A stretch of DNA of 64,000 bases from an uncultured Verrucomicrobiae bacterium. GTDB taxonomy: Bacteria > Verrucomicrobiota > Verrucomicrobiia > Chthoniobacterales > UBA10450. The DNA lies in NCBI GenBank assembly GCA_963801815.1, contig CAWDGJ010000003.1, positions 800,001 to 864,000 of the forward strand, in the 5' to 3' direction. Under the pieces are notes generated by a model, which searched no databases, was not told the DNA's origin, and saw only the letters and a list, made by a program, of their open reading frames with translations. The position numbers were made by a program, and so were the translations under genes. Within the stretch, counting starts at the first letter, position 1. Each line of letters opens with the position of its first letter. Shown piece by piece: positions 9,847 through 19,565 of this stretch.

Positions 9847-10479
9847 TTGCGAAACCTAAACGATTGTCGGCTCTACGGCATTTTGGATATCACTTACGTC
9901 GCCGTAACCGACGTGGAACGCGTAGCCGGGGCTATGATCGAAGGCGGCGTCGATCTTCTCCAGGTGCGGGCGAAGACGTCCTCGGTCGCGGAGGTCGTTG
10001 ATCTCGCGGGACAGCTGCACAAAATCACTTTGACAGCCGGAGTTCCATTGATCGTGAATGATTACGCTGAAGTTGCCGCGCAAGTTCAGATTGAAGGCGT
10101 GCACGTTGGACAAGATGACGATTCCATTGCGACCGCGCGCGAGAAAGCTGGACGAGCGATCATTGTTGGCAAATCAACCCATAGTCTTGAGCAAGCGAGC
10201 GCCGCGCAACGCGAAGATGCAGATTACATCGGCTTCGGTCCGATATTTACCACCCCGACAAAGCCGGATTATAAGCCGATTGGAGTGAAAAACATCAAGC
10301 GCGTCCATGCCGATGTGAGTCTCCCAATCTTTTGCATCGGCGGCATCAAGGTGGATAACGTGGGCGAAATCGTCGCCGCAGGCGCGAAGCGCGTGGCGAT
10401 CGTTTCCGGTCTATTGAAAGCGCCGGACATCGCCGAGTACGCCCGAGCTTGCAAAAGCTTTCTAGAGCAAGAGACATGA
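9847..10479 (+). CDS. thiE: Thiamine-phosphate synthase
   Basis: QVRAK, IVND, GVHVGQDD, GKSTH, DYIGFGPIFTTPTK, IGGI. Confidence 0.93.
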   Translation: MRNLNDCRLYGILDITYVAVTDVERVAGAMIEGGVDLLQVRAKTSSVAEVVDLAGQLHKITLTAGVPLIVNDYAEVAAQVQIEGVHVGQDDDSIATAREKAGRAIIVGKSTHSLEQASAAQREDADYIGFGPIFTTPTKPDYKPIGVKNIKRVHADVSLPIFCIGGIKVDNVGEIVAAGAKRVAIVSGLLKAPDIAEYARACKSFLEQET

Positions 10480-10501
10480 ATTTCACGACTGCCGTCTCTT
10501 T

Positions 10502-10557
10502 CCCTTACCCGGCGCTAAAGCGCCTTCCTCTCCCTCGCGGAGAGGGTAGGGTGAGGG
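10502..10557. repeat. Palindromic intergenic element of the CCCTCACCC/CCTCTCCC type
   Basis: CCCTTACCC ... CCTCTCC-CTCGC-GGAGAGG ... GGGTGAGGG nested inverted repeats. Confidence 0.65.
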
Positions 10558-10573
10558 CAATCTGATCTGGAAT

Positions 10574-11494
10574 ATGAGTGTGCTAATTGTTGGTTCGATT
10601 GCGCTCGACACTGTGAAAACGCCGGTGGAAGAGCACAGCGACTTATTAGGCGGTTCAGCATCCTACGCCGCCTCGGCCGCCAGCTATTTCTCGCCGGTGC
10701 GATTGGTCGGCGTGGTTGGCGACGACTTTCCACAAAGCGAGTTCGATTTTTGGAAATCCCGAAAGATCGACACCGCGGGTGTGCAACGCGTGGACGGCAA
10801 AACGTTTCGCTGGTCAGGTGAGTACGCCTGGGACCTGAACACCCGCGAGACGCGCTCGGTCGCGCTCAATGTTTTTGAAACGTTTCAGCCAAAGTTACCG
10901 GAATCGTATCGGGCGACCGATTTCGTTTTGCTGGCGAACATCGCGCCCGCATTGCAGTCGCACGTACTCAATCAAATGAAGAAGCCACGCTTCGTCGTCG
11001 CCGATACCATGGATCTGTGGATCGAGACCACGCGCAAGGATCTCGATGCGCTTCTCCCGAATGTGGACCTTCTGATCTTAAATGACAGCGAAGCGCGGGA
11101 AATGACCAAGGAGACGAGCCTGATCAAGGCGGGTCGCGGCATTCGAAAAATGGGACCGCGCTATGTCGCAATCAAGAAAGGCGAGCATGGTGCGCTGCTT
11201 TTTGGTGACAACGAGTTTTTCAGCTGCGGCGCGTACCCGCTGGAAGATATTCACGATCCGACCGGAGCGGGGGACACGTTTGCGGGCGGAATGGCCGGCT
11301 ATCTGGCGGGGACGATCGGCGGCAGTAAAATTACTTTTACTGCTCTCCGCAAAGCGATGATCTACGGCAGCGTGCTGGCGAGCTTTTGCGTCGAAGCATT
11401 CAGTCTGGAGAAATTGCGCAACCTGACCATGGACGAGATTAACGAGCGTTACGAAACGTTCAAGATGATGAGCCAATTCGAAATGATTGAATGA
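10574..11494 (+). CDS. PfkB family carbohydrate kinase
   Basis: VGSIALD, LGGSASY, NDSEA, DPTGAGDTFAGG. Confidence 0.92.
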   Translation: MSVLIVGSIALDTVKTPVEEHSDLLGGSASYAASAASYFSPVRLVGVVGDDFPQSEFDFWKSRKIDTAGVQRVDGKTFRWSGEYAWDLNTRETRSVALNVFETFQPKLPESYRATDFVLLANIAPALQSHVLNQMKKPRFVVADTMDLWIETTRKDLDALLPNVDLLILNDSEAREMTKETSLIKAGRGIRKMGPRYVAIKKGEHGALLFGDNEFFSCGAYPLEDIHDPTGAGDTFAGGMAGYLAGTIGGSKITFTALRKAMIYGSVLASFCVEAFSLEKLRNLTMDEINERYETFKMMSQFEMIE

Positions 11495-11598
11495 TTCGCG
11501 AATTGCGTTTTCGGCGTGCTCAGTACTCTTTTTTGCTTTACCCCGCAGAGCTGGTCTTGATAAAAAGGGGTCAAAGGTAGGGCTCAAGGAAACAAGGT

Positions 11599-12924
11599 GT
11601 GATTTGGCGATGGCTTCTTGTTTTAAGTGCGCTGCTATTTGCCAACAGCGCGAATTGCGGCAGCGGCTACCAATACACAAGAGACGGCAAGACGTTAATC
11701 TGGAATAACTTTCTTCACCGCGGTGACGCAGCGGCTTGGTCGGGCAGCCGCGACTCGGCTGGGTTCGCCACTGGATATGGAACGCTGACGTTGTACAAGC
11801 GCGGGCAGACCATCATTACTGGATCGAACATTCCTTCTTCCACCAACGCTAGCGTCGTCGTCCTCAGCCGTTACTCGGGGCAGATGGTCCGAGGAAAATT
11901 TCAGGGACCGGTAGTCAACATCGATGCGAACGGACGGGTCTCTCACGGCACCTTCGTAAACGGGAGCAAAACCTCCGACCGGGTGGAAGGACGTATCGCG
12001 TATACCAATCCTCCATTGGTTCAACGCGCTCCGAAAAGTGATGCAAAAAAAGAGACTGCGCCGCCGAGCGTGGGATCACCACTGCCGTCCAGCAATCCAC
12101 CATTGGTTCAACACGCTCCGAAAAGTGCCGGTAGAGAAGAGCCCGCTCCGCCGGCGGCGGGACCGTCGCTTGACGAACATGACGCTACAAAAGCTTCGGG
12201 CAGCATTGCGGACACCAAGCCGGCATTTGGTGAATCTTTGCAAGCGGTAACACCGCCGTCGTCATTGCGAGCGCCCGTGATAGCGGCGATTGCGACACCC
12301 GCGTCCGTCTCGGCCCCGCCGCCACAGCCGTCGGTAAGTCCGATTGGGGTGGAGCCCGTGGTCAGAAACCGCATCATTGCGGACTTCAAGCAAGAAACCG
12401 AATCGGTTGTCTCGCGCGTGAGTGATGCGACGGGTAACTTCCACGAGGTCGATCGCCTTGATTCTGTGCAAGAGCTGCCGACCTCGGTATCCGAAACCGT
12501 TGACGCACTGATGGATCGGGCGCGGGACTGTCGGGCTAAGCTTGGATACGAAACGGCGTTGCGCGAGTGTCGAATGGAAACGCAAACCACAGACGCCCTA
12601 TCCGTTGTCGATCAAGTAACGCATAACATTGCCACTGGTAACGCGGCCGAAGCCGGAACCAGGGTAAGTGAATTCCTCAAAAATAATCCGGAGCCTCCCG
12701 GTGAGAGTCGGAAAAACCTCTGGGGTTATCTAGCTTCCGTGCGGTCATCGTGTAGCCGGTCGGAGAAGGATGCCGATGTCCATTTGCAACAGGCGCAGTT
12801 ATTCGTTTCGGCGGGCAAAATAGGCGATGCGATCCGCGAGTATCAGGAGGCGCTCCGAATATTCCCAACTCCGGCGACTGCGGAGAAAATCCGTCGGCTT
12901 CAGGAAAACAGTCTCGGATTGTGA
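11599..12924 (+). CDS. Exported hypothetical protein: MORN-like beta N-domain, Pro-rich linker, helical C-terminus with TPR-like end
   Basis: Signal peptide; WSGSRDSAGFATGYGTL/YSGQMVRGKFQG; AIREYQEALRIFP. Confidence 0.7.
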   Translation: MIWRWLLVLSALLFANSANCGSGYQYTRDGKTLIWNNFLHRGDAAAWSGSRDSAGFATGYGTLTLYKRGQTIITGSNIPSSTNASVVVLSRYSGQMVRGKFQGPVVNIDANGRVSHGTFVNGSKTSDRVEGRIAYTNPPLVQRAPKSDAKKETAPPSVGSPLPSSNPPLVQHAPKSAGREEPAPPAAGPSLDEHDATKASGSIADTKPAFGESLQAVTPPSSLRAPVIAAIATPASVSAPPPQPSVSPIGVEPVVRNRIIADFKQETESVVSRVSDATGNFHEVDRLDSVQELPTSVSETVDALMDRARDCRAKLGYETALRECRMETQTTDALSVVDQVTHNIATGNAAEAGTRVSEFLKNNPEPPGESRKNLWGYLASVRSSCSRSEKDADVHLQQAQLFVSAGKIGDAIREYQEALRIFPTPATAEKIRRLQENSLGL

Positions 12925-14120
12925 AGAAACAATATTTCTTCGGTTATTTGTTTGTTGGCGGTGCCAAGATATTTGCGCTCCTGGTGATCGCGGCCGGCAT
13001 TGGATTTTGTCTGCTCCAATATTCCCAGGCCAAGACCGCGGCGGCGGCGGTGGCTTACCAGCCTTCCCAAAAGCTGCAAGAAGCGCTTCGAAAATTGCAG
13101 GAGGCCGTTTCCACAACGGTAGAAATCGTCGACTCGTTCGACAAAGACAACGAAACAACGCAACCGACAGTCGAGCCGCCGGCGGTTCCCGCAGTAATTG
13201 AGTCGAACGATGACTTCGAGCGCGTGGGTGAAGAATTGCTTCGAATCAATCAGGACCGACAAGATTTGAAGCAATCGGTTGTGAATCGCTTTGAAACTTC
13301 GGTCGCGAGTATTGAAGAAAAGCTCCGCACCTACGCGGCAAGCTTGGATTCCTCTCGGACCGCAGGCGCGCCAGTAACTGCTCCGAGCCCCGCGATCGCG
13401 GCGGTTTTGGCCACCTCGCCGCGGCAACAAAATACTTTTTTGTACTCACCGAAGCTGGCGGCGGGTGATATTAAGGACCGCAAAGCGAGCCTGGCTCAGC
13501 GAAAAGAATTCATCAAATTTCTCGAGAGCAAAGCCGAGAACGCCGAGAATCGAGCGATACTTAACGAGGCGGCAAATCAAATGGATCAGCTGAGCAAGCT
13601 GCTCCCGGAGAAAATTGAAACACCGGTCGCTTCTCAATTAAGCTCCGCTTTCCCCACGAACGAGCCTCCCGCGGACAAGGGCGGTGCAGTTTCGCTCTCC
13701 GAGCGCGTTGCCGGACAACTTGAGCAGCTTCGCAACGAAGTCAGGCAGGCGCTGCTCACTTCATGGAAACTTGATGACGCTTTCGATCAAGCCAATGAAC
13801 TGACTTCGGTTGAGCGCGAGAAATGCCGGGTTGCCACGCTGAGTCAACAAGGCATCTGGTTGTCGGCCGGGTCGAAAATGCTGCCTGGGCTGTTTGTGGC
13901 AGTTTTGCTGAGTTTTCTCATTCTTGTCTTTGCCGATCTCGTCCGCACCCTTCTTGATACCGCAGCGAATACCGGGACCGTCGCGGACGCGGTTAACGCC
14001 CTTCGGGGATCGTTTAGGACTGGAGCCTCCTCGCCAACCGAATCGATCTTCGAAGTCGCGAACAAGGAAGATAAGCACATCGTGGAAGACGAAGAGACGC
14101 CCGTCGCAGGCGGATCTTGA
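12921..14120 (+). CDS. Hypothetical membrane protein (two TM helices flanking a helical/coiled-coil domain)
   Basis: Long ORF coupled by GTGA overlap; hydrophobic segments near both termini. Confidence 0.7.
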   Translation: MKKQYFFGYLFVGGAKIFALLVIAAGIGFCLLQYSQAKTAAAAVAYQPSQKLQEALRKLQEAVSTTVEIVDSFDKDNETTQPTVEPPAVPAVIESNDDFERVGEELLRINQDRQDLKQSVVNRFETSVASIEEKLRTYAASLDSSRTAGAPVTAPSPAIAAVLATSPRQQNTFLYSPKLAAGDIKDRKASLAQRKEFIKFLESKAENAENRAILNEAANQMDQLSKLLPEKIETPVASQLSSAFPTNEPPADKGGAVSLSERVAGQLEQLRNEVRQALLTSWKLDDAFDQANELTSVEREKCRVATLSQQGIWLSAGSKMLPGLFVAVLLSFLILVFADLVRTLLDTAANTGTVADAVNALRGSFRTGASSPTESIFEVANKEDKHIVEDEETPVAGGS

Positions 14121-14151
14121 AACGATTTTGAAATTTGTCCCGTGGTCGGAT

Positions 14152-15840
14152 TTATTCCCGGCCGAGTAAGGCAAAGATCTCGGTGGGTTTTTGTTTTCCC
14201 TTTACGGCAACTTCGCCGAGCCGCCGTGTCTGATACTTTCGCTTTGCTTTGCCAAGAGTACAACCGCTGATGATAATGCGTGCTTGGTACTCTGACGTTT
14301 TGGTCAGGCCTTCGAGTCGCGAAGCGAGATTAACGCCGTCGCCAATCACAGTGTAATTCAGGCGCGTTGCGGATCCCATGTTGCCGGCGACAACAACGTC
14401 GGTGTTAATCCCGATACCGACGCCGATCGTTGGCAATCCGCGTTTTTGCCATCGCCGATTGAGATCATCCAAGGCCTCAGTCATTTCGAGCGCCGACTGC
14501 ATCGCGCGATCCGCGTCGTCGGCATTGGCGAGCGGCGCTCCGAAAAGCGCCATGAGTGCGTCGCCCATGTACTTGTCGACCACGCCGCCGTGCTTTTCGA
14601 TTATCGCGCTCATTCCAGTGAAGTAGCGGTTCAGAATTCCCAACATCTCCTGCGGCTTAAGTTTCTCACTCATGCTGGTAAAGTTGCGAAGGTCGGAGAA
14701 AAGCACGGTCACTTCTCGTTCTTCTCCGCCAAGTGAGACTTCCTTTTTCAAGAGTTCCGCGGCGACTTCCGGCGAGACAACCTTGCCTAACAAGTCGCGG
14801 ACGCGGTCGCGTTCGGCCAGGCCGACGCTCATTTGGTTAAAGGAATCGGCCAGCGAGCCGAGTTCGTCCTGCTGTTTGAGACGGACACGATGCCGGTAAT
14901 CGCCGGTGGCGATTTTGCGTGCGCCTTCGGCGAGTTGCAGCACGGGTTTAGAAACACCGCGGGCCATCCAGGCGCCGACCGCAACAGAGACGACGAGGCC
15001 AAGCAGCGCCAAGATCAAAAAAGTGCGCTCCAATCGAACATAAGGCGCGAGCTCCTGGTCGAGTGAACGCTGCAAGAGCGCGATAGGGTTTCCATTTTCC
15101 GCGGGCAACGGAACGGCATAGCTCAAGAAATCCTCGCCGCCGAGGCGAAGATCGACAATCTGTTTTGGGGGAAGTTGCGTCTCGCTTAGAGTCTTTGAAG
15201 CAAGACGCCGCCTTTCGAGTGTGCTGCCGAAGAGATTCGATCCATCCACGAAAGTGATCTCTGAGTTGGTGTATGTTTTAATCTCGCGAGCAAAGTTATC
15301 GTCGATTCGGAAACCAGGACAAAGCCACGCGATCGGATCAGGCGCGAGGAGCGGCGCCACAGCCATCGCGAAAAGTTCGCCATCAAAAAGAACAAATGCG
15401 TAGCTGGATTCCGTGTTTTCGGCCCGCTCGATCAATTTGGGAAAGGGAAAGGGAACATCGTGAAGGCCCGGCCGGTGTGTATCAAAGAGAAGTTGCTTCT
15501 TCAGCGAAGCGATCCACACCACGTCCGCTTTTACCCGACTTTGCAGGCTGGCCAGCGCCGATAGAGTTGTTTCCCGGTCCTCGTTTGCGCCCGCGAAAGC
15601 CTCTTGAAAAGCATGATCCCGGGAAAGAACGGCCGCGGCGCTGCTGATCTGCTGATTGCGTTGCTCGATTAGTTTTTCGAAAATTTGTGCTCCGGTGCGC
15701 AGACTCAAATCGATTTGAGCAAGTGCATGCCGACGATTGGCGCTTCGAACGACAAAATAGGTGACGCATTGCAGCAGCGTGAGGAGGGCAATTAGGAAGA
15801 AAAGCAGCCGGGTGCGGAAACGGCGAAATCGAAATTTCAG
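14152..15840 (-). CDS. Membrane adenylate cyclase (extracytoplasmic Cache-like sensor, HAMP, class III cyclase)
   Basis: FSDLRNFT, DKYMGDA, YTVIGDGVNLASRLE; HAMP (DELGSLADSFNQM); frame stays open through the first TM up to CTG at 15840 preceded by GGAGG. Confidence 0.9.
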   Translation of the reverse strand: MKFRFRRFRTRLLFFLIALLTLLQCVTYFVVRSANRRHALAQIDLSLRTGAQIFEKLIEQRNQQISSAAAVLSRDHAFQEAFAGANEDRETTLSALASLQSRVKADVVWIASLKKQLLFDTHRPGLHDVPFPFPKLIERAENTESSYAFVLFDGELFAMAVAPLLAPDPIAWLCPGFRIDDNFAREIKTYTNSEITFVDGSNLFGSTLERRRLASKTLSETQLPPKQIVDLRLGGEDFLSYAVPLPAENGNPIALLQRSLDQELAPYVRLERTFLILALLGLVVSVAVGAWMARGVSKPVLQLAEGARKIATGDYRHRVRLKQQDELGSLADSFNQMSVGLAERDRVRDLLGKVVSPEVAAELLKKEVSLGGEEREVTVLFSDLRNFTSMSEKLKPQEMLGILNRYFTGMSAIIEKHGGVVDKYMGDALMALFGAPLANADDADRAMQSALEMTEALDDLNRRWQKRGLPTIGVGIGINTDVVVAGNMGSATRLNYTVIGDGVNLASRLEGLTKTSEYQARIIISGCTLGKAKRKYQTRRLGEVAVKGKQKPTEIFALLGRE

Positions 15841-16487
15841 CGATAGCCTCCCGTCGAGAGTCCAGGTGCGCGTTTGGCCCTAAAGTCCGGTTTCAAATCC
15901 AAAGTGAAGAGCAACGTCTTCGTTCCACTGGCGGAAAGCTCGACAGTTTGGGCGAACTGCTCCGGTGTGCCTTTGAGCGAGGGTTGCCAGACTTCGACTG
16001 TATATTGCCCGGCCGGCACATCCTTCACCACGGCGCGACCTTCGCTTCCGGTGACCTGGAAGTGAGGTGTCGGCAGTACGGCGACGTAAGCAATCATCCA
16101 ATCGTGAATGTTACACCCGAGCGTTACAAATCCGACGTTGTCGAAAACGACCGGTTTGGCCGGAACGCCGCTGTAAAGAGGCAGCTCGAACTTCTTCGCC
16201 GGGGAGAATGAGTAAACGTGATGACGAATATTGTCGCTGTTTGGGAACATAATGGAGGTGCCAACCTGCACGGCAGTTACATAGGGCACGAATTGTTTGT
16301 CGCGTTGATCGACGACCGCTTGTTTCTTTACCAGTCCGGAACTTGCGCCATTTCTCTGCGCGTAGACGACAGCGTCGGAAACTGCAGCTCCCTTTGTGTC
16401 CTTGACTGTCACATCGAGCGACGCAGCGTCCAAGCGGAGGCCCAAACCAACCAGAACCAGGAGACTCATTGCGCGAATACCGTTCAT
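15837..16487 (-). CDS. Exported cupredoxin-like protein ('methylamine utilization protein'-type)
   Basis: Signal peptide; FPNSDNIRHHVYSFS and GCNIHDWM (H...C-x2-H-x2-M type-1 Cu ligands). Confidence 0.85.
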   Translation of the reverse strand: MNGIRAMSLLVLVGLGLRLDAASLDVTVKDTKGAAVSDAVVYAQRNGASSGLVKKQAVVDQRDKQFVPYVTAVQVGTSIMFPNSDNIRHHVYSFSPAKKFELPLYSGVPAKPVVFDNVGFVTLGCNIHDWMIAYVAVLPTPHFQVTGSEGRAVVKDVPAGQYTVEVWQPSLKGTPEQFAQTVELSASGTKTLLFTLDLKPDFRAKRAPGLSTGGYR

Positions 16488-17339
16488 TTAATAGGTAAGC
16501 AACACCTTCGCAGCTACCAAATGGTTCTCGTACTGCAACGGGTCGTGCAAGGTGACAGCGTACTCGTAGTCGACTTCGATAGATGCATATTTGTTTACGA
16601 CATAAGCGGCCGATACAGAAACGCCATGGGTTCGGCCTAACATTCTATAGGCCGTGAACAGCGGATTACTTCCGAACGTTTTGTCGTCTTCGCGTTCCTC
16701 ACTTGCCAGTCGGGCAATGTCCGGTCTCGGCGGGACAGCGTAGGAAATAACATCTCCCTCTCGATAATTATAGCCGACGGCGATTCGGAAAGACGAAGTG
16801 GGGTCGACGATTACGCGGGCGCTGGCGCGGTGATCCTGACGATCATAAAATGTATCGGGCACGGCATAGTTTTCGAAAGCGTAACCGGCCTCGAGCGCGA
16901 CCCGCTCCGCCAAGGACATTCCGCCCTTGAGATCGATTACCTCGTCATAGCCGCTGCGTTCGGTATCCTGGAATCGGTCATAACCAAACCGATTTTCGAG
17001 CAGAATCCAAGGCGCTTGTCGCCCAAGTCCAAATCGGTAACGCAGCCCGGTCAACGCGCCGATTCCAACTTCGTTGAACGAACCGAATCGGTCCCAAAGT
17101 TCGCCGCGCAAATCAGCGCCGATGTTTAATCGTAGGTCGCGCGTCAGCTGAAAAGCATCGTTGGCGCGCACGTCGTTTCTCCACGCCCAATCGTCTCGCA
17201 CATCCGATGTGCGGTCGGAATTCGATAAATTGCTGTCGTAAAACGTGCCGGTTTCAGCATCGAAATGCCACTCAGCTTGCGCGTGACTAAACGTCATCGC
17301 GCACAACGCGCAGAGGACTATCGGCGTCGTCCGTTTCAT
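16488..17339 (-). CDS. Putative outer-membrane beta-barrel protein
   Basis: Signal peptide ending AQA; alternating amphipathic strands; C-terminal aromatic residue (VLLTY). Confidence 0.7.
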   Translation of the reverse strand: MKRTTPIVLCALCAMTFSHAQAEWHFDAETGTFYDSNLSNSDRTSDVRDDWAWRNDVRANDAFQLTRDLRLNIGADLRGELWDRFGSFNEVGIGALTGLRYRFGLGRQAPWILLENRFGYDRFQDTERSGYDEVIDLKGGMSLAERVALEAGYAFENYAVPDTFYDRQDHRASARVIVDPTSSFRIAVGYNYREGDVISYAVPPRPDIARLASEEREDDKTFGSNPLFTAYRMLGRTHGVSVSAAYVVNKYASIEVDYEYAVTLHDPLQYENHLVAAKVLLTY

Positions 17340-17345
17340 AACAAG

Positions 17346-17419
17346 CGCGCCCGAGAGGATTCGAACCACTAACCTTCTGATCCGTAGTCAGATGCTCTAT
17401 CCAGTTGAGCTACGGGCGC
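17346..17419 (-). tRNA. tRNA-Arg (anticodon ACG)
   Basis: Reverse complement GCGCCCGTAGCTCAACTGGATAGAGCATCTGACTACGGATCAGAAGGTTAGTGGTTCGAATCCTCTCGGGCGCG folds as a cloverleaf; CCA not encoded. Confidence 0.97.
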
Positions 17420-17538
17420 CCGTAAACAAGAGCCGCTAATTTGCGGAGGAAGCAAGCTCCGTCAATGGAGCTGCCTGGCAAAAAATATTCAGCGATGCCA
17501 AACAGGGTACATCGCCCGGGCAATCGCGGAAGGAGAAC

Positions 17539-19371
17539 TTAAGGCGAGGGGGGCATCGTACGACTCGCGCGATAACGATCGATGTCCATCCGAAGCTGAT
17601 CGGTTAAAACTGAGTTGTGGTCACTCTCTGCCAGGCCTAACGCCTTCTGCGCCGCGTTAATTGCGTCTTCAAACTGGCCAGCTTCAGCATAGGTCGCTGC
17701 TAATTTCCGAATAATTACCGGGTCAGAACAAGTCGCAAGCAAGCCGGCAAGATTATTGAACACCCCTCCCTCATCATGGTGCGCGGCCAATGTTTTCTGC
17801 CAGGCTGCTACAGCTTCATCGGTGCGCCCCGCCCGATAAAGCGCGTACCCCAGATTTAACCCAGCGTGTTCATAACCAGGGTTCCATTCCGTAATTTTCG
17901 AATAGTGAAAGCTAGCTTTGTCCCATTCGCCGACTTGAGACAGCGCGTTAGCGAGGCCGTAGTGGACAACGGCGATAACCGAGGGCCCTTCTGTGATGCT
18001 GAGATCATTGGGCAGTTTAAGGGTCAATTCAAATTCGGGAATTGCCTCATCAAACCGGCCCTTATCCAGCAGCGCAAAGGCCAGCTGCCGATGGATCGAA
18101 ACGTTGTCTGTTATGAGACTCGCGGTTCGGCTCCAGATCGACACGCTGTCCTTCCAGTACGAAGCTTGAATCCACGTGCGCCAGCTTAAAAGCACGATCA
18201 TAACTGCAGCAGCAACGCTAGCCAGGGCACGTCGCCTTTGCGATCGAACGCACAAATCGCTCACTCCCCAGGTCACTAGAAAATACAATCCGATGTGCGG
18301 TAGATAGGTATAACGATCCGCCCGCCCTTGAATGCCCACAGGCACCAGCCCTATAACCGGCACCAACATCACCAGATACCACAGCCAGCCGGTAATGAAG
18401 TATGGATAGCCCTTGCGCAGCTTGATTGCCGCCATCGTGATAACGCTTAGTAATGTGGCAGCCGCTACTAACCGCCAGGCCGACAAGATCCCCAGCGGAT
18501 AGGGATAAAGGATCGCTAGCCTCACCGGCCAAAACAGTTGCTTGATGTAAGCAGCGTAATTGACAATTACTGTGTACCCCCGGACCCATAAAGGAAAAAG
18601 AACATGCAGTCCTTGCGGCTGCACCAGCAACGTCACCACGCAGGATATCGCCGAGAGGATAAGAAGCGGGATCTTTTCAATGACGAGGCATTTCAATGGT
18701 CTTTTGCTTACTCTTTTCAGCGGCCAATAATCGAGAAGCAGCAACACGATAGGCATTGTCACGAGCATCGGCTTGGACATGAGGCCGAGAATGAATAGAA
18801 GACCGACCAACGAATACTTACCTGCTGAGGGCGAGCGGCTGTACCAGACGTAAGCAGTCAGCGTCAGCATAAAAAAAACGCCGCTCAATACGTCTTTTCG
18901 CTCCGCTACCCAAGCCACCGATTCAACGTGAAGCGGGTGCACCGCAAAAACGGCTGCGACAAAGGCACTCCGCCATAAACGGTCAGTGATTGCCCGGAAA
19001 ACCAGGAAAAGGATAGTGGTCGCAATCGCGTGCAGCAGGACATTGGTGAAATGGTGGCCTGCGGGCTCAATCCCGTAGAGGTCGCAATCGATCATGTGCG
19101 AGATGGTGGTCACCGGGTGCCAGTTGTGGGAATGAGTATGAGTAAATGCCCAGGCAATTCCTTGAAGTGTAAGACCTTTCGTTACCTCTGCATTTTCAGT
19201 GACATAGGCCGGATCATCGTAGTTGATGAACTCATGCCCAAGCGTCTGACTAAAGAGCAGCCAAATAATCACTACTAGCCCAACGCAGACACAAACAACC
19301 ATGGAGCGACTTCCCGCCGGTTGATCGGTGTCGTAAACCAAGTCACCAGGTGTGCTCGCCGTCGAACTCAT
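17539..19371 (-). CDS. TMTC-like GT-C membrane glycosyltransferase with C-terminal TPRs
   Basis: FINYDDPAYV, NWHPVT, HPLHVESVAWVAERKDVL, ADRYTYLP, TPR repeats; start uncertain. Confidence 0.85.
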   Translation of the reverse strand: MSSTASTPGDLVYDTDQPAGSRSMVVCVCVGLVVIIWLLFSQTLGHEFINYDDPAYVTENAEVTKGLTLQGIAWAFTHTHSHNWHPVTTISHMIDCDLYGIEPAGHHFTNVLLHAIATTILFLVFRAITDRLWRSAFVAAVFAVHPLHVESVAWVAERKDVLSGVFFMLTLTAYVWYSRSPSAGKYSLVGLLFILGLMSKPMLVTMPIVLLLLDYWPLKRVSKRPLKCLVIEKIPLLILSAISCVVTLLVQPQGLHVLFPLWVRGYTVIVNYAAYIKQLFWPVRLAILYPYPLGILSAWRLVAAATLLSVITMAAIKLRKGYPYFITGWLWYLVMLVPVIGLVPVGIQGRADRYTYLPHIGLYFLVTWGVSDLCVRSQRRRALASVAAAVMIVLLSWRTWIQASYWKDSVSIWSRTASLITDNVSIHRQLAFALLDKGRFDEAIPEFELTLKLPNDLSITEGPSVIAVVHYGLANALSQVGEWDKASFHYSKITEWNPGYEHAGLNLGYALYRAGRTDEAVAAWQKTLAAHHDEGGVFNNLAGLLATCSDPVIIRKLAATYAEAGQFEDAINAAQKALGLAESDHNSVLTDQLRMDIDRYRASRTMPPSP

Positions 19372-19565
19372 GGATCTGAACAAGAACTTTACACAACTAG
19401 CCTCGAGTACGTCGATTAAACCTGATTCCGACCCCGCCCTAAACACGCACTGTTTTGTGCATGATCAAACACGCGTATTTAGAGTGAATAGTGAACGGCG
19501 GCAGGAGAGGAATGGATGTCGTCTTGCCTTGGCTCACTTTTCACTTCTCACTAATCCCTCCTAAT

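Noticed and set aside
9847..11494. PfkB kinase as a thiamine-salvage enzyme because it follows thiE
   Set aside because: Lacks ThiD/ThiM-specific motifs and I saw no TPP riboswitch; adjacency alone is insufficient
11599..17419. Genomic island integrated at tRNA-Arg
   Set aside because: No integrase and no duplicated tRNA 3' end found by eye
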